From an uncultured delta proteobacterium (GTDB lineage: Bacteria; Desulfobacterota; Zymogenia; Zymogenales; Zymogenaceae), in assembly GCA_963792965.1 (NCBI GenBank), contig CAWBYW010000004.1:128001-192000 (forward strand): a stretch of 64,000 bases of DNA, written 5' to 3'. The translations under genes and the position numbers were made by a program. How positions within the stretch are numbered: position 1 is the stretch's first letter; each line of letters begins with the position of its first letter. Positions 8,680 through 19,745 of this stretch are shown one piece after another. The notes under the pieces are model-generated. The model saw only the letters and a list, made by a program, of their open reading frames with translations, was not told the origin of the DNA and did no database searches.

Positions 8680-9567
8680 GTGAACACCACGCTGCTGTCC
8701 GACGACAAGGTCATCATAACGGCCGCAATAACGGGGGGTATACACGGGAAGTGGGCTAACCCCGCCATCCCCGTCACGCCCGAAGAGCAGGCGCAGGACG
8801 CCCTGGACTGTTTTAATGCCGGGGCCGCCGTCCTCCACCTCCACGTCCGCGGGGCGGACGGGCAGAACACTCCCGACCTCGGTGTCTACAACAGGGCCGT
8901 GGGGCTCATCGGGGAGAAATGCCCCATCATCCGCCAGATCGGAAACGGGATCGGCGCGTGGCTCGAGGAAAAGGGTCTGATCGTCAACGCGACGCTCGAG
9001 CAACGGCTCAACCTCCTCAACATAGACCCGAAGCCCGAGATGCATACGATAAACGCGGGGACCTTCGAATTCAGGACCAAGTACGGCGGCGCGGTCTTCA
9101 ATAATCCCCTCGCGTTCAACGAGGAATATGTCAAGAAATGCAACGATAAGGGGTTCGGTATCGAGATCGAGGTGTACGATCCGAGCCATATCGCGAACAT
9201 GGCCGAGCTCGCGGGAATGGGGGTGCTCCATGGGCCGCTTCATTTCAGCATCGTGCTGGGCATCATGGGCGGGTCCCCGGCGACACCGGCAAATCTCTTC
9301 CACATGGTCGGACAGCTGCCGGAAGGGTCCACCTGGCAGGTGGTGACCATCGGGAAATACCATCTGAGGAGCACCATCGTCGCCATGTCGATGGGCGGCA
9401 ATATCCGCACGGGCCTGGAAGACACGCTCCACTTCGCGAAGGGGGAGCCCGTCAAGAGCAACGCCCAACTCGTTGAGCGGATGGTTCGGATCGCCCGGGA
9501 GATTGGCAGGGAGCCGGCAACGGTGGATGAGGCCAGGAAAAAATTGGGACTCCCGGCCGTTCGCTAA
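8680..9567 (+). CDS. beta-keto acid cleavage enzyme (BKACE/Kce, DUF849)
   Basis: IITAAITG, AGAAVLHLHVR, EIEVYD, GGNIRTGLED, SNAQLV. Confidence 0.92.
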   Translation: MNTTLLSDDKVIITAAITGGIHGKWANPAIPVTPEEQAQDALDCFNAGAAVLHLHVRGADGQNTPDLGVYNRAVGLIGEKCPIIRQIGNGIGAWLEEKGLIVNATLEQRLNLLNIDPKPEMHTINAGTFEFRTKYGGAVFNNPLAFNEEYVKKCNDKGFGIEIEVYDPSHIANMAELAGMGVLHGPLHFSIVLGIMGGSPATPANLFHMVGQLPEGSTWQVVTIGKYHLRSTIVAMSMGGNIRTGLEDTLHFAKGEPVKSNAQLVERMVRIAREIGREPATVDEARKKLGLPAVR

Positions 9568-9592
9568 TCACGATAGAAGACCGTGAGTTACG

Positions 9593-10402
9593 ATGAAAAA
9601 GGAAACGAGATTCAAGGATAAGGTCGTCTGGATCACCGGGGCGTCGTCCGGGATAGGCGAGGCGCTCGCCTATCGCTTCAACGCGGAGGGAGCGCGCTTG
9701 ATCCTCTCGTCGAACGAGCCGGCGGAGCTCAAGAGGGTGAAGTCACGCCTTCCGAATAAGGGCACGGAAACGATGCTGTTACCGCTTGATCTCAACAAGA
9801 TATCGAGCCTTGCGCTCAGGTCGAAAAAGGCGCTGGAGCGCTTCGGGCACGTCGACGTACTCATCAATAACGGGGGGATCAGCCAGCGCGCCCTGGCAAA
9901 AGACACCTGTATCCCCGTCGACGTGAAGATCATCAATACCGATTTCCTCGGACACGTTGCCGTTACCAAGGCCGTTCTGCCGTCGATGCTGTCGCGGCAA
10001 TCCGGGCACATCGTGGTGACCAGCAGCATCATGGGCAAGATCTATACCCCGCTCAGGTCGACCTATTCGGCGGCAAAACATGCGCTGCACGGGTTCTTCG
10101 ATTCGCTCAGGGCGGAGGTCTGTGCGGACAATATCCACGTGACCATCGTCTGCCCAACGGGAGTACAGACCGGTATATCCCTCAACGCTGTCACCGGCAC
10201 GGGCCAGAAGTACGGAAAGATGGACGAAGTGATGTCCAAGGGACTTACCGCCGATGAGTGCGCCGACCGCATCATAAAGGCCATCGTCGCCAAGAAAGAA
10301 GAGGTAATAATCGGCAAGGGCCTTATCAAATACTCCGCGTATGTCCGTCGCTTTTTCCCGCGCATCTACTCGCGCCTTATCAGAAGGGTGAAGGTAACTT
10401 GA
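9593..10402 (+). CDS. short-chain dehydrogenase/reductase (DHRS7-like)
   Basis: WITGASSGIG, NNGG, YSAAK. Confidence 0.92.
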   Translation: MKKETRFKDKVVWITGASSGIGEALAYRFNAEGARLILSSNEPAELKRVKSRLPNKGTETMLLPLDLNKISSLALRSKKALERFGHVDVLINNGGISQRALAKDTCIPVDVKIINTDFLGHVAVTKAVLPSMLSRQSGHIVVTSSIMGKIYTPLRSTYSAAKHALHGFFDSLRAEVCADNIHVTIVCPTGVQTGISLNAVTGTGQKYGKMDEVMSKGLTADECADRIIKAIVAKKEEVIIGKGLIKYSAYVRRFFPRIYSRLIRRVKVT

Positions 10403-10498
10403 GGAGGTCCGAAAGCCGGAAGCATGGGGCCTCCCGCACTTCGGAAGCCCCGGTATGGGACGGTCTGGGCCGCCGAGGGAGGACGTTGAGAGCACGGC

Positions 10499-11245
10499 AT
10501 GGATGAGAAAATATTCATTTTGATGGGCATCGTGTTGATCTCCTTCACCTCCCATACGCTCTCGGGTTTCGGCAGCATCATCATCGCCGTGACGCTCGGG
10601 TCCAATTTTTACCCCATCAAGACTCTCCTGCCCATACTGGTCCCACTCGACGTGGCGGTCAACAGCTACATCGTGACGCGGTACCACGCGACCGTTGACC
10701 GTCCCTTTCTCCTTAAGAATATTCTTCCGTACATGGCCGTGGGTTTCGTCGCGGGCGTCGCGCTGTTCAGCTTTCTCAACAGCACCGTCCTGAAGCTCAT
10801 GTTCGGCCTTTTTGTGGTTATCATATCGGCGCGTGAACTTTTCCTGGCCATGCGGCGGTCCGAGACAGGGCCGCTCTCGTCGCGGGTCCGGGCCGGATAC
10901 CTGATGCTCGGGGGGTTCATCCAGGGCATCTTCGCCTCGGGAGGGCCGCCGGTTGTCTACGCGGTGAGCCGCTCGATACGAGACAAGGCGGTCTTCCGAA
11001 GCACACTGTCGGCGCTCTGGCTGACGATCAACACTATTCTTATTATCACCTATGTGATAGCTCATCGGCTGACGAAGGAAACGATCACCTATTCCGGTTT
11101 GCTGTTGCCCGCAGTCCTGTTGGGGATTTTGATGGGTGAGCTTCTTCACCGTTACATAAACGAAGAGCATTTCAGGATCGTTATATTCTGCATCCTGATC
11201 GTCGCCGGATTTTCAATTCTGATTCCGTTTCTTTATACGTCGTGA
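10499..11245 (+). CDS. TauE/SafE (TSUP) family membrane transporter
   Basis: Highly hydrophobic; LSGFGS and GIFASGGPP repeats. Confidence 0.85.
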   Translation: MDEKIFILMGIVLISFTSHTLSGFGSIIIAVTLGSNFYPIKTLLPILVPLDVAVNSYIVTRYHATVDRPFLLKNILPYMAVGFVAGVALFSFLNSTVLKLMFGLFVVIISARELFLAMRRSETGPLSSRVRAGYLMLGGFIQGIFASGGPPVVYAVSRSIRDKAVFRSTLSALWLTINTILIITYVIAHRLTKETITYSGLLLPAVLLGILMGELLHRYINEEHFRIVIFCILIVAGFSILIPFLYTS

Positions 11246-11365
11246 GCCGGGGTCGACACTCCCTCTCTCCTCCCCGATATATCGCGCCTGACCCGGCCCT
11301 TCTTCTCCCATGACGGCGGTGTGAGCGCCGGCCCGGTTGTATCGAGCTTATACAAGGAGGTGTGC

Positions 11366-12662
11366 ATGGAAAATCCCCCCGATTCGAGACAATTCACGGT
11401 GACGCGCCGCTATTCCTATTTCGTATTTACCGTCTTATTCCTCTTATTCGTCTTTGATTACGTCGACCGTCTCGTCGTCTCCTCGCTGTTTCCTTTCCTG
11501 AAGCGCGACTGGGGAGTATCGGATACGCAGTGCGGGCTCCTTGTGTCGGTCGTCTACTGGTCCGTCGTGGCTTTCGTCTTTCCCGCTTCGATACTCATCG
11601 ATCGGTGGAGCAGGAAGAAGAGCATCGGGGTCATGGCGGTGACCTGGAGCCTGGCGACCGCCGGATGCGCCTTTGCCCCCAACTTCGGCCGGCTCGTCTC
11701 TATGCGGACCGTCATCGGCATCGGCGAGGCGGGTTACGTCCCGGGGGGGTTGGCGATGATCTCCGCCTATTTCCCGGAGGGCAGGCGCTCCATTATGAAC
11801 GGCATCTTCAACGCGGCCATTCCGCTCGGGTCCGCCCTCGGAATCGCGCTGGGCGGCATCATCGCGGTCCACTTCGGCTGGCGCCACGCCTTCGGCCTCG
11901 TGGCGCTGCCCGGCCTGATCGTCGCGATCCTCGTGTTTTTCGTAAAGGACTATCGGACCGTTGACCTTGTGAGCGCACCCGCGCAATCGCGTGGCGACGC
12001 GCCCAAAGATAAGATGCATGTCCTGAAAATCGTGAAAGGATTCCTCCGCACGCCTTCGCTTGTCTGCACCTATCTCGGCTATACGGGCAACGTCTTCATC
12101 ACGACGGCGCTCCTCTCCTGGCTTCCTACCTATTACATCCGAACGGAGGGCATGGCGGTGGACAAGGCCAGCATGAAGGCGTCGGTCGATCATGCTCATG
12201 GCCGTCATCGGAGCGCCGCTGGGCGGCGTCATAACGGACCAGCTGAGAAAGCGGAGGCTCAATGCGCGGATGCTCTTTCCTTCCGTCACGTCGTTCACCG
12301 CAGCGTTCCTTTTCTTTGTCGCCTTCATGTTCTTTTCGGGCATCGCCCAGTACGCGATCCTGCTTTGTGCGGGGCTGATCGTGATCATGTTTGTCGCCGG
12401 GGCATCGGCCGTAACGCAGGACGTGGCACACCCGGGCCTGAGGGCGATGGCCTACAGCCTGGCCGTTTTAGTACAGAACCTGCTGGGGGCCTCTCTCGGG
12501 CCGCTGTTCGTGGGCGTGATCTCGGACCACTACGGCCTGCAAACGGGCATCCGACTCTTGCCGCTGGCCCCGCTCTTCTCGGGGATCGCCTTTCTGATCG
12601 GGTCGTTCTACTACGAGAGGGACCTGGCCAGGACGGAGCGGGTCGCGCTCGTCCACGAATAG
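11366..12662 (+). CDS. MFS transporter (spinster-like) with a +1 frameshift near 12185
   Basis: DYVDR, LIDRWSRK, RTVIGIGEAG, FGWRHAF; second half continues in ORF 12192-12662. Confidence 0.85.
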
Positions 12663-13477
12663 TCGATGATGGGTTCGGTTGTCCGGGGTGGGCGAGAAAA
12701 GATCGCGGCGGCGTGAAAGGGGAAGAGAATGATATAGAAGAGAAGGGAGTATTGGCTCTCCCTCTCTTCGATGGACGGCATTTCCTCGTAGATCCTCCCG
12801 TCGAGGATTCTCCCGGTCTTCTTCCGGTTTGTCCCTCCCCACTGTTTGAAGAAGAAGGCGACGCCCGCCTTTTTGCACTGATCCCGTATGTCGATGACCC
12901 ACTCCCTTTTCATGGGCCGGGCCTTCGGTCCCGACTCGCCGCCGAGCACGACCCAGTCTATGCCTGAAAGGGGCAGGGCGGGTATGGGGCCCAGAAGCGG
13001 CTCGACCGAGAGGAATTTGACGCGGGCCGGGGTCTTTATCAGGTTGGCGATGCGCCAGGTGTAGTCGGCGTTTTCAACCGTGACGCCCATCCAGACGTTT
13101 CTCGGCCAGGGGAGGAGCTCCGCAAGGTCACGCAGGCGCTCCGAGCGCTTCGTGAGAACCTGGAAGATGTGGTGATCGGCACGTTCCATGACCGAGAAGA
13201 CCTGCTGGATGAATTCCAGGGAAAATGCATCATGAAAGAGGTCACTCATCGAATTGACGAAGATCACGCGGGGCAGTTTCCATTTCAGGGGCATGGTCAG
13301 GAGGTCAGGGTGGGGCGTGGGAAGAAATCCGTTCACATATTTCGGCTGGCCCATCTCTTTAAGGCGTAGCGCCATCCGCTCGGCGTAGCAGTGGGCGCAG
13401 CCGGGGCTTGCCTTCGTGCACCCGGTGACCGGATTCCAGCTTACCCACGTCAGCCCGACCCTGGAGCCGCCCGCCAC
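12611..13477 (-). CDS. DUF5131 (phage Gp37/Gp68-like) radical-SAM-like protein
   Basis: WNPVTGCTKASPGCAHCYAE, IFVNSMSDLFH, FQVLTKR, FLSVEPLLG, GGESG, FFFKQWGG. Confidence 0.9.
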   Translation of the reverse strand: MAGGSRVGLTWVSWNPVTGCTKASPGCAHCYAERMALRLKEMGQPKYVNGFLPTPHPDLLTMPLKWKLPRVIFVNSMSDLFHDAFSLEFIQQVFSVMERADHHIFQVLTKRSERLRDLAELLPWPRNVWMGVTVENADYTWRIANLIKTPARVKFLSVEPLLGPIPALPLSGIDWVVLGGESGPKARPMKREWVIDIRDQCKKAGVAFFFKQWGGTNRKKTGRILDGRIYEEMPSIEERESQYSLLFYIILFPFHAAAIFSRPPRTTEPIIDYSWTSATRSVLARSLS

Positions 13478-13479
13478 GT

Positions 13480-14044
13480 CTATTTCCTCTCCTCAATCTT
13501 TGCCCCCGGCGGGGCGAAGCGCCGGATGGCCTCGATAGACTTCTTGATCGACGTCCCCATGTAGCGGCGGTCAAGCCACAGCGCATAGTTCGCGTAGTAT
13601 ATCCCCGCCGAGGTCGCCAGGCCCGCCGGTATCTCGGGCGACTCTTTGAATTTCACCTCAAGCCCCACCGCCGCGTCGGGGCTCGCCGAGAGCATCCGGT
13701 ACCCGAGCCCGTACGTCGCCTTCTCGAAATGCTTCCACTCAAAAAGTCGCTGCTCGTAACTCATCCCCGTCCCGAACGAAATCCCCTCGGCCGAGACGCG
13801 CATCATCACGGGGGGCCTCGCAGAGATAGGTCCCTTCTTTCCAGACGATCAGGCCGCCGACAACGACGAAGAAGAGCTTGAAGAAGAAGTAGAGGACCTC
13901 CTTGCCGGGGGGCGTGGTGTAGGTAAAGAGCCGCTTGAAGACGATGGCGTCAAGCCCCACGATAAGAAACGCGAGTCCGACGATAAAGAAGACGAACAGG
14001 CTCACGCGAAAGACTTTGACCTCGAAAACATCCTGATTTGCCAC
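13480..14044 (-). CDS. hypothetical two-TM membrane protein with a frameshift in the C-run near 13810
   Basis: GTG start with GGAGAGG RBS; ORFs 13739-14104 and 13480-13809 join at the homopolymer. Confidence 0.55.
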
Positions 14045-14266
14045 GGCGTACCTCTCCCTTTTATGTAACGCGGACACTATACCACAAAGTTGTCGAGCGC
14101 TCAAGAAATCGCATCAGGCGACGGCCGCAGGGCGTCGGCCGTATGGTTAGTGGTTGAAAAAGAAGCCGTTATCTGATACAGTGTAACAACCACCGATCGG
14201 GGTAATGGTCCGTGAGAAAACGGATAGCGCATACGAACTCGTATCAAGAATAGGGAGGTTTATTAC

Positions 14267-14479
14267 ATGACTGAAGAGAGAGTGGCGAGGGTTACCGAGG
14301 TCATCTGCGGTTCGACCATCGGCTTCGACGACGCGATCAAGAAAGGGATCAAGCGGGCCAGCAAGACCCTCAGGAACATCGTCGGGGTAAAGGTCAAGGA
14401 GTTTCGGATTCACGTCGAGGCCAACGAGATCGAGGAATACCGGGTCAACATGGACATCATCTTCCTGCTGGAAGAGTAG
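14267..14479 (+). CDS. dodecin family flavin-binding protein
   Basis: 70 aa, VARVTEV..S..GFDDAI..GI.RASKTLRN...YRV.M.I.F.LE; GGGAGG RBS. Confidence 0.88.
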   Translation: MTEERVARVTEVICGSTIGFDDAIKKGIKRASKTLRNIVGVKVKEFRIHVEANEIEEYRVNMDIIFLLEE

Positions 14480-14494
14480 GAGACGGCGAACGCG

Positions 14495-14526
14495 AAAGCC
14501 GCCCGGCACGGGCGGCTTTGTCTTTT
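14495..14526. terminator. intrinsic terminator between convergent genes
   Basis: AAAGCCGCCCG-GCA-CGGGCGGCTTT followed by a T-rich tail. Confidence 0.75.
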
Positions 14527-14527
14527 C

Positions 14528-15313
14528 TTACGCGCGGGAGGGCGTCGCTTTCACTTCATTTTTGCCTTTCCCCTTGATGACCCCGACGAGCCGCTCCGGG
14601 TAGTTGGAGATGATCCCCGTGACCCCGATGGCGGCCATCCTGGCCATCTGGTCCTCACTATCCACCGTCCAGACGTTGACGAAGAGGCCGGCGCGCGTTG
14701 CGGCCGCCACGAGGTCTTCCGTGACGAGGCTGTACTCCGGATGCAGGCCGTCGGCCATCGCAAGCCGTGCGGGACCGATTTGGTCGATGAGGCCGCCGCT
14801 GTAGAGGATCGCCGCGACGATGTCGGGCGCGATCTCCTTGACGCGCCGTATCGCGGCGTGGTCAAAGGAGGAGATGAGGACCCGGTCGGCCGTCTTTGTG
14901 TCCCTGAGCACGGAGATGAGCTTCTTCTCGATGCCGTCGTACCTTCGGGGACCGTTCTTGATCTCGATGTTGAGGCCGATTCCCTTATCTCTCGTCAATT
15001 CGATGAACTCCTCAAGGGTGAGGATCACCTCATCGGCAAACCCCGTCCCCATCCATGAGCCGAAGTCAAGCTTCCTGAGCTGGGCGAGCGTATAGCTGTA
15101 GACCTCACCCTTCCCGTTGCTCGTGTTGTCGATGACCTGATCGTGGATGATCACGAGATGGCCGTCCCGGGTCATGTTGACGTCGGTCTCGATCATATCG
15201 ATGTCGTAGGTCAGCGCCGACAGGAAGGCTGACCTCGTGTTCTGGGGCCGCTTCATCGGATCGCCCCGGTGGGCGATGGCAAGGGGCCCTCTTTTCAGAA
15301 GTTCTCGTATCAT
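14528..15313 (-). CDS. glycerophosphodiester phosphodiesterase (cytoplasmic, UgpQ-like)
   Basis: IAHRG, NT..AF, IETDV, IHD, NIEIK, ISSFD, VWTVD. Confidence 0.92.
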   Translation of the reverse strand: MIRELLKRGPLAIAHRGDPMKRPQNTRSAFLSALTYDIDMIETDVNMTRDGHLVIIHDQVIDNTSNGKGEVYSYTLAQLRKLDFGSWMGTGFADEVILTLEEFIELTRDKGIGLNIEIKNGPRRYDGIEKKLISVLRDTKTADRVLISSFDHAAIRRVKEIAPDIVAAILYSGGLIDQIGPARLAMADGLHPEYSLVTEDLVAAATRAGLFVNVWTVDSEDQMARMAAIGVTGIISNYPERLVGVIKGKGKNEVKATPSRA

Positions 15314-15325
15314 CTCATTGTCTCT

Positions 15326-16145
15326 CTACATATATGAATGGAGTCCGGAAAGGATGAAATTTACCCCCAGGAAGGTGAAGATGACGGCTAAAAAACCGAC
15401 GATAGACAAGACGGCGCTCTTCTTCCCCTTCCAGCCCCGGATGAGGCGGGCGTGGAGGAAGAGCGCGTAGATAATCCAGGTGATGAGCGACCAGGTCTCC
15501 TTGGGGTCCCACGACCAGTACGATCCCCAGGCGAAATGGGCCCAGAAGGCGCCCGTGATGATCCCGATGGTGAGGAGCGGCATTCCGGCCAGGACTCCCC
15601 GGTAGATCATCTCGTCAAGCGTCGCTTTTGGGGGCAGGACGCTCTTTCTTGCGTCGCTTCTGGTAAGAAACAAGATGGCCGAGACAAACGAAAAGGCAAA
15701 GGCGGCGTAGGACAGAAAGCAGGTCATCACGTGGACGACAAGCCAGTTGCTCTTGAGGGCCGGTATCAAGGGCCTGATGGATCGGTCTACCTCCGGCGAG
15801 AGTGAGGCGTAGGCGAGCGCCAGCAGCGCAAGGGGCGTCATGAAGACGCCTAAGAACGTATAGCCCGAAGACGAACCTGAGGATGAGATAGACCAGCACA
15901 AGGACCAGTGAAAAGAATATGAGGGACTCGTAGAAGTTGGTCAGCGGCATATGGCCGAAACCGAGCCGGTAACTCTCGATAGTGCGCAGGATCAACGCCA
16001 CCAGGTGAATGATAAAGGCGGCGATCACGACGGTGTCGCCGAGCCTGCTCAGATATTCTTTTTTGAGCATCCAGTGGAGGATGAACAAGATGAAGGCGGC
16101 GCCGTAGGCGAAGGTGACGAAGCTTAGGATGACGGAACTCAGCAT
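15326..16145 (-). CDS. ccsB: system II cytochrome c biogenesis protein CcsB/ResC with a +1 frameshift near 15880
   Basis: [40 protein letters not shown]. Confidence 0.92.
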
Positions 16146-17458
16146 AGTTTTTCCCTTATGTCCTGGACTCTCTTTTCGAATTTTTCCTCAAATCCTCCGG
16201 CAAACCTTCCCGGCAGGGCGGATACTTTCACCTCGATTCTATCCTCTCGGCCCGTGACGTCTATCCTGAGGCTTCCCATCGACCTGGCGACGGGAAACAG
16301 GAACCCAACGCACATGATGATAAAGCCGACGAAGACCAGCGGCACTCCCGGCTCCCTGACCACCGTGATGCCGGAGTAGGGGACCTCATGGTAGTCTTTC
16401 AGCGCGAAGACATAGTCGCCGCCCCTTCTCTTGTCAAAATCCGGGTAGTTGACGAAGGTCCACAGGTCGTATTTTTCTTTTCCATCCCCTACCGCCAGAT
16501 GCACCGCGGGGCCCAGGTCCATGAAATCGAGGGAAGATTCTACGATGGTAAACGATAGGCCGCGGCCGGGGACGGAGACCTTTTCCGACCAGCGGGCGTC
16601 TCCGACAAAGATCGATTTTCCGCTCTTGTCGAGGATCTCGATGGTGGCGTAGTCCATCTCCATACCGAAGCTCGTCTGGTAGAATCGGATCCCGCGGTGT
16701 TCGGCAGGGTGGTTCACCAGGAGCGTTGCCGGGGCCTCGATGTTCCCGTCGATAAAGGTGACGTCGCTCCGGTATTCCTTGGGGGTGCCGTCCGGGTAGC
16801 GCTCAAACGTAAATTTATCGAGCCTGACGGAGAAGTCGAGAGTTCTCATGAGAACCTGTTTGATGATCACCTGCCGTGATTGGTCCCCCTGGATGATAAA
16901 CATATCGCCCGAAAACCCAAAGAGAAACGAGATGAGCCCGCCGACGAGAATCATGAGGATGCTGATATGTACGATGATGGGCCCGAGCCCGAGGATCGGA
17001 TGAGGGATGGAGGTGATGGTCGTCGTTTCTCCCGCTTTGCCGATAACCGTCCGGCACAGCGGCCGCCTGAGGGCGGCGTGCGCGATCTTCGTTGTCTCGT
17101 CCTTCCCGTGCCTTGATGTGAGGGTCTCACAGAAGGGGTAGCGAGACGTTCCTCCCGTCCCCCGAGAAGAGAGCGCCCGTATTCTTTTCGGGAGGAGATC
17201 GAGGGTGCAGAGGGTGATGTTGGCCACGAGCAGCATCAACAACGCGTTGAAGTAGGTGCTGTGATAGATATCGGTGACCGCCAACAGCTTGAGGACCCGG
17301 TAGGCGGTGTGGCCGAAGCGGAGGACATATTCCTCGGGAGGGCTGTTCTGGCCGACGAACGTCCCGATCGCCGCGACGACGATGGTCGCGATCAGGATCA
17401 CGAAAGTAAACCGGACCGATGAGAGGTAGTCGACGATGTCCTGGAGGAGTTTTTTCAT
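16139..17458 (-). CDS. resB: system II cytochrome c biogenesis protein ResB/Ccs1
   Basis: SSVR..., IGTFVGQ, DIYHS.YF, VHISIL, VNHP..YQTSFG, REPGVP. Confidence 0.9.
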   Translation of the reverse strand: MKKLLQDIVDYLSSVRFTFVILIATIVVAAIGTFVGQNSPPEEYVLRFGHTAYRVLKLLAVTDIYHSTYFNALLMLLVANITLCTLDLLPKRIRALSSRGTGGTSRYPFCETLTSRHGKDETTKIAHAALRRPLCRTVIGKAGETTTITSIPHPILGLGPIIVHISILMILVGGLISFLFGFSGDMFIIQGDQSRQVIIKQVLMRTLDFSVRLDKFTFERYPDGTPKEYRSDVTFIDGNIEAPATLLVNHPAEHRGIRFYQTSFGMEMDYATIEILDKSGKSIFVGDARWSEKVSVPGRGLSFTIVESSLDFMDLGPAVHLAVGDGKEKYDLWTFVNYPDFDKRRGGDYVFALKDYHEVPYSGITVVREPGVPLVFVGFIIMCVGFLFPVARSMGSLRIDVTGREDRIEVKVSALPGRFAGGFEEKFEKRVQDIREKLC

Positions 17459-17463
17459 GGCTC

Positions 17464-17904
17464 TTACTTTTCGGGTGTGTGGCACGAGTCGCAGGAAAGG
17501 GAAACGCGGTTGTCTCCCTTCTCGATCTCGTCCTTATGGCAGGCGATGCAGAGTTTATGAAATGCCACGATATCGGCGGGAACGCCCGATTCTTCCGCAG
17601 CCTTGTGACAGACGGAGCATTTTCCCGGCGTTTGATCCCACGCGGTGGTATGGTGGCAGAAGGCGCACGAGGGTTTTTGAGAGCCGGTGGCGCCGTGGTC
17701 CTTGTGGGTAAAGGTGACCGTGCCGGCGGTGCGGTTGTATTCGGTGAGCGTGATCGTATCCGGCTGGGCGATCTTCTCGGCCGCCGTTGATGCAGCGATC
17801 CCCGCGATGAAGAGCGTGATCACAAAGGCCGTATATCGCACAGCAGCCCGCTTTCGATTTTTCGGATCGGCCCAATTTTGTCGGCCGTTGTCGCGATCCG
17901 TCAC
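17464..17904 (-). CDS. tetraheme cytochrome c3 family protein
   Basis: Signal peptide, VTFTHKDH, four CxxCH motifs (CAFCHH, CSVCH, CIACH, CDSCH), AFH. Confidence 0.9.
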   Translation of the reverse strand: MTDRDNGRQNWADPKNRKRAAVRYTAFVITLFIAGIAASTAAEKIAQPDTITLTEYNRTAGTVTFTHKDHGATGSQKPSCAFCHHTTAWDQTPGKCSVCHKAAEESGVPADIVAFHKLCIACHKDEIEKGDNRVSLSCDSCHTPEK

Positions 17905-18395
17905 TTTCCGAATTCCCTGTCGGCCTTCTTGACCTCTTCGACCATCAGAAGCCGTGATTCCTTCAGGCGACCGTAAAGCTGATCGTCTCCGGCCGCGAGG
18001 ATCTCGACGGCTAGAATCGCCGCGTTCCGTGCGCCGGCAGTGCCGATCCCGACCGTCGCCACCGGGACGCCGGGGGGCATCTGGACCGTGGAGAGGAGGG
18101 AGTCGATGCCCGACAGGGAAGACGAGGCGATGGGAACGCCGATGACCGGCACGAGCGTCTGTGAGGCGATGACGCCTGCCAGGTGCGCCGCATAGCCCGC
18201 CCCGGCGATGATGACGCCGATCCCCTTATCCCTGGCCGTTTTTGCGATCTCCGTCACCACGTCGGGGGTCCGGTGGGCGGACGCCACGCGCAGCCGGACC
18301 TCGATACCGAACGATTCGAGGGTCTCCTGTGCCGGTTTCATCACCTCGATGTCCGATTTGCTCCCCACGACGACAAGGACCTTATGTGGTGCCAT
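17901..18395 (-). CDS. purE: N5-carboxyaminoimidazole ribonucleotide mutase
   Basis: GSKSD, SAHRTP, AGYAAHLAG, VQMPPGVPVATV. Confidence 0.97.
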   Translation of the reverse strand: MAPHKVLVVVGSKSDIEVMKPAQETLESFGIEVRLRVASAHRTPDVVTEIAKTARDKGIGVIIAGAGYAAHLAGVIASQTLVPVIGVPIASSSLSGIDSLLSTVQMPPGVPVATVGIGTAGARNAAILAVEILAAGDDQLYGRLKESRLLMVEEVKKADREFGK

Positions 18396-19660
18396 ATCTC
18401 AGCCCCTTTGCGCCGATATCCCTGCGATAGTACGCGCCGTCCCACGTGATCTTTTCCACTGCCCGATAAGCCTGCCGGATGGCGGCGCCGAGATCGTCTC
18501 CGAGGGCGGTGACGCCGAGGACCCGCCCGCCGGCGGTGAGGAGCCTGTCGCCGTCGCGCTTCGTCCCCGCATGGAAGACCACCACGTCGCTCAGCCTCTC
18601 GGCCTGGCCGATCCCCGTGATCGGCTTCCCCTTTTCATAACTGCCGGGGTAGCCCCCGGACGCCATGACGACGCAGACGGCCGGTCGCTCGTCCCACGCG
18701 AGCGTCGCCTCCGAAAGCTTACCTTCTACCGCCTTGATCAGGACCTCCGATAGGTTTCCCTTCATCCGCATGACGAGCGGCTGGGCCTCGGGGTCCCCGA
18801 AGCGCGCGTTGAATTCGAGCACCTTGGGGACACCGTCCTTGATCATGAGGCCGGCATAGAGGATGCCGACGTACGGGTGTCCCTCTTTTCCATGGCGCGG
18901 ACCGTCGGGATCATGATCCGGTCCATGACGCGGGAGAAGAGGGCATCGGTGACCACCGGGGCGGGCGAGTAGGCGCCCATCCCTCCGGTGTTGGGTCCCC
19001 TGTCGCCGTCAAGAATCGCCTTGTGGTCCTGGGAGGTGGCCAGCGGCACGACGGTCTTTCCGTCGGAAAAGGCGAGGAAGGACGCCTCCTCGCCGGTCAG
19101 AGAACTCCTCGACGACAACCCTGTTCCCGGCGTCTGCCGAATTCCTGCTTCACCATGATCAGATCGACGGCCGAGGTCGCCTCGGCGACGGTGCTGCAGA
19201 GGATGACCCCCTTTCCCGCCGCCAGTCCGTCGGCCTTGACGACGATCGGGGCGCCGCTGTGCTCGATATACTTGCGCGCGGCTTCCGGATCAGTGAACTC
19301 GGCGAATTCCCCGGTGGGGATATCGTACTTTTTCATGAGGTTTTTCGAGAACGATTTCGACCCCTCTATCCGGGCGGCGGCCTTCGACGGCCCGAAAACG
19401 GTAAGGCCCTCTTTCTTGAAGAGGTCCGTGATGCCGGAGACAAGGGCCGCCTCGGGCCCGACCACCGTCAGGTCGATCTTTTCCTTCACGGCCAAATCGC
19501 GCAGGGCGCCTATGTCCTCGGCGGATATCGGGACGTTTGTGGCTACGTCCGCCGTGCCGCCGTTGCCGGGGGCGCAGTAGACCGTAACCCCTTTTTCCCG
19601 GGCCAGCTTCCATGTCAGGGCGTGTTCGCGGCCTCCGCCGCCGACGATGAGTATTTTCAT
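18382..19660 (-). CDS. purD: phosphoribosylamine-glycine ligase, interrupted by three single-base indels
   Basis: [48 protein letters not shown]; extra bases near 19134 and 19101, missing base near 18887. Confidence 0.95.
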
Positions 19661-19745
19661 CCGAGCCTCACGATACGACGTTCAGTGAAGGAAAAGAGCG
19701 CGCCTGACGAGGGGAGGACTATCTTCACGGTCGGCCTCAATGAGC

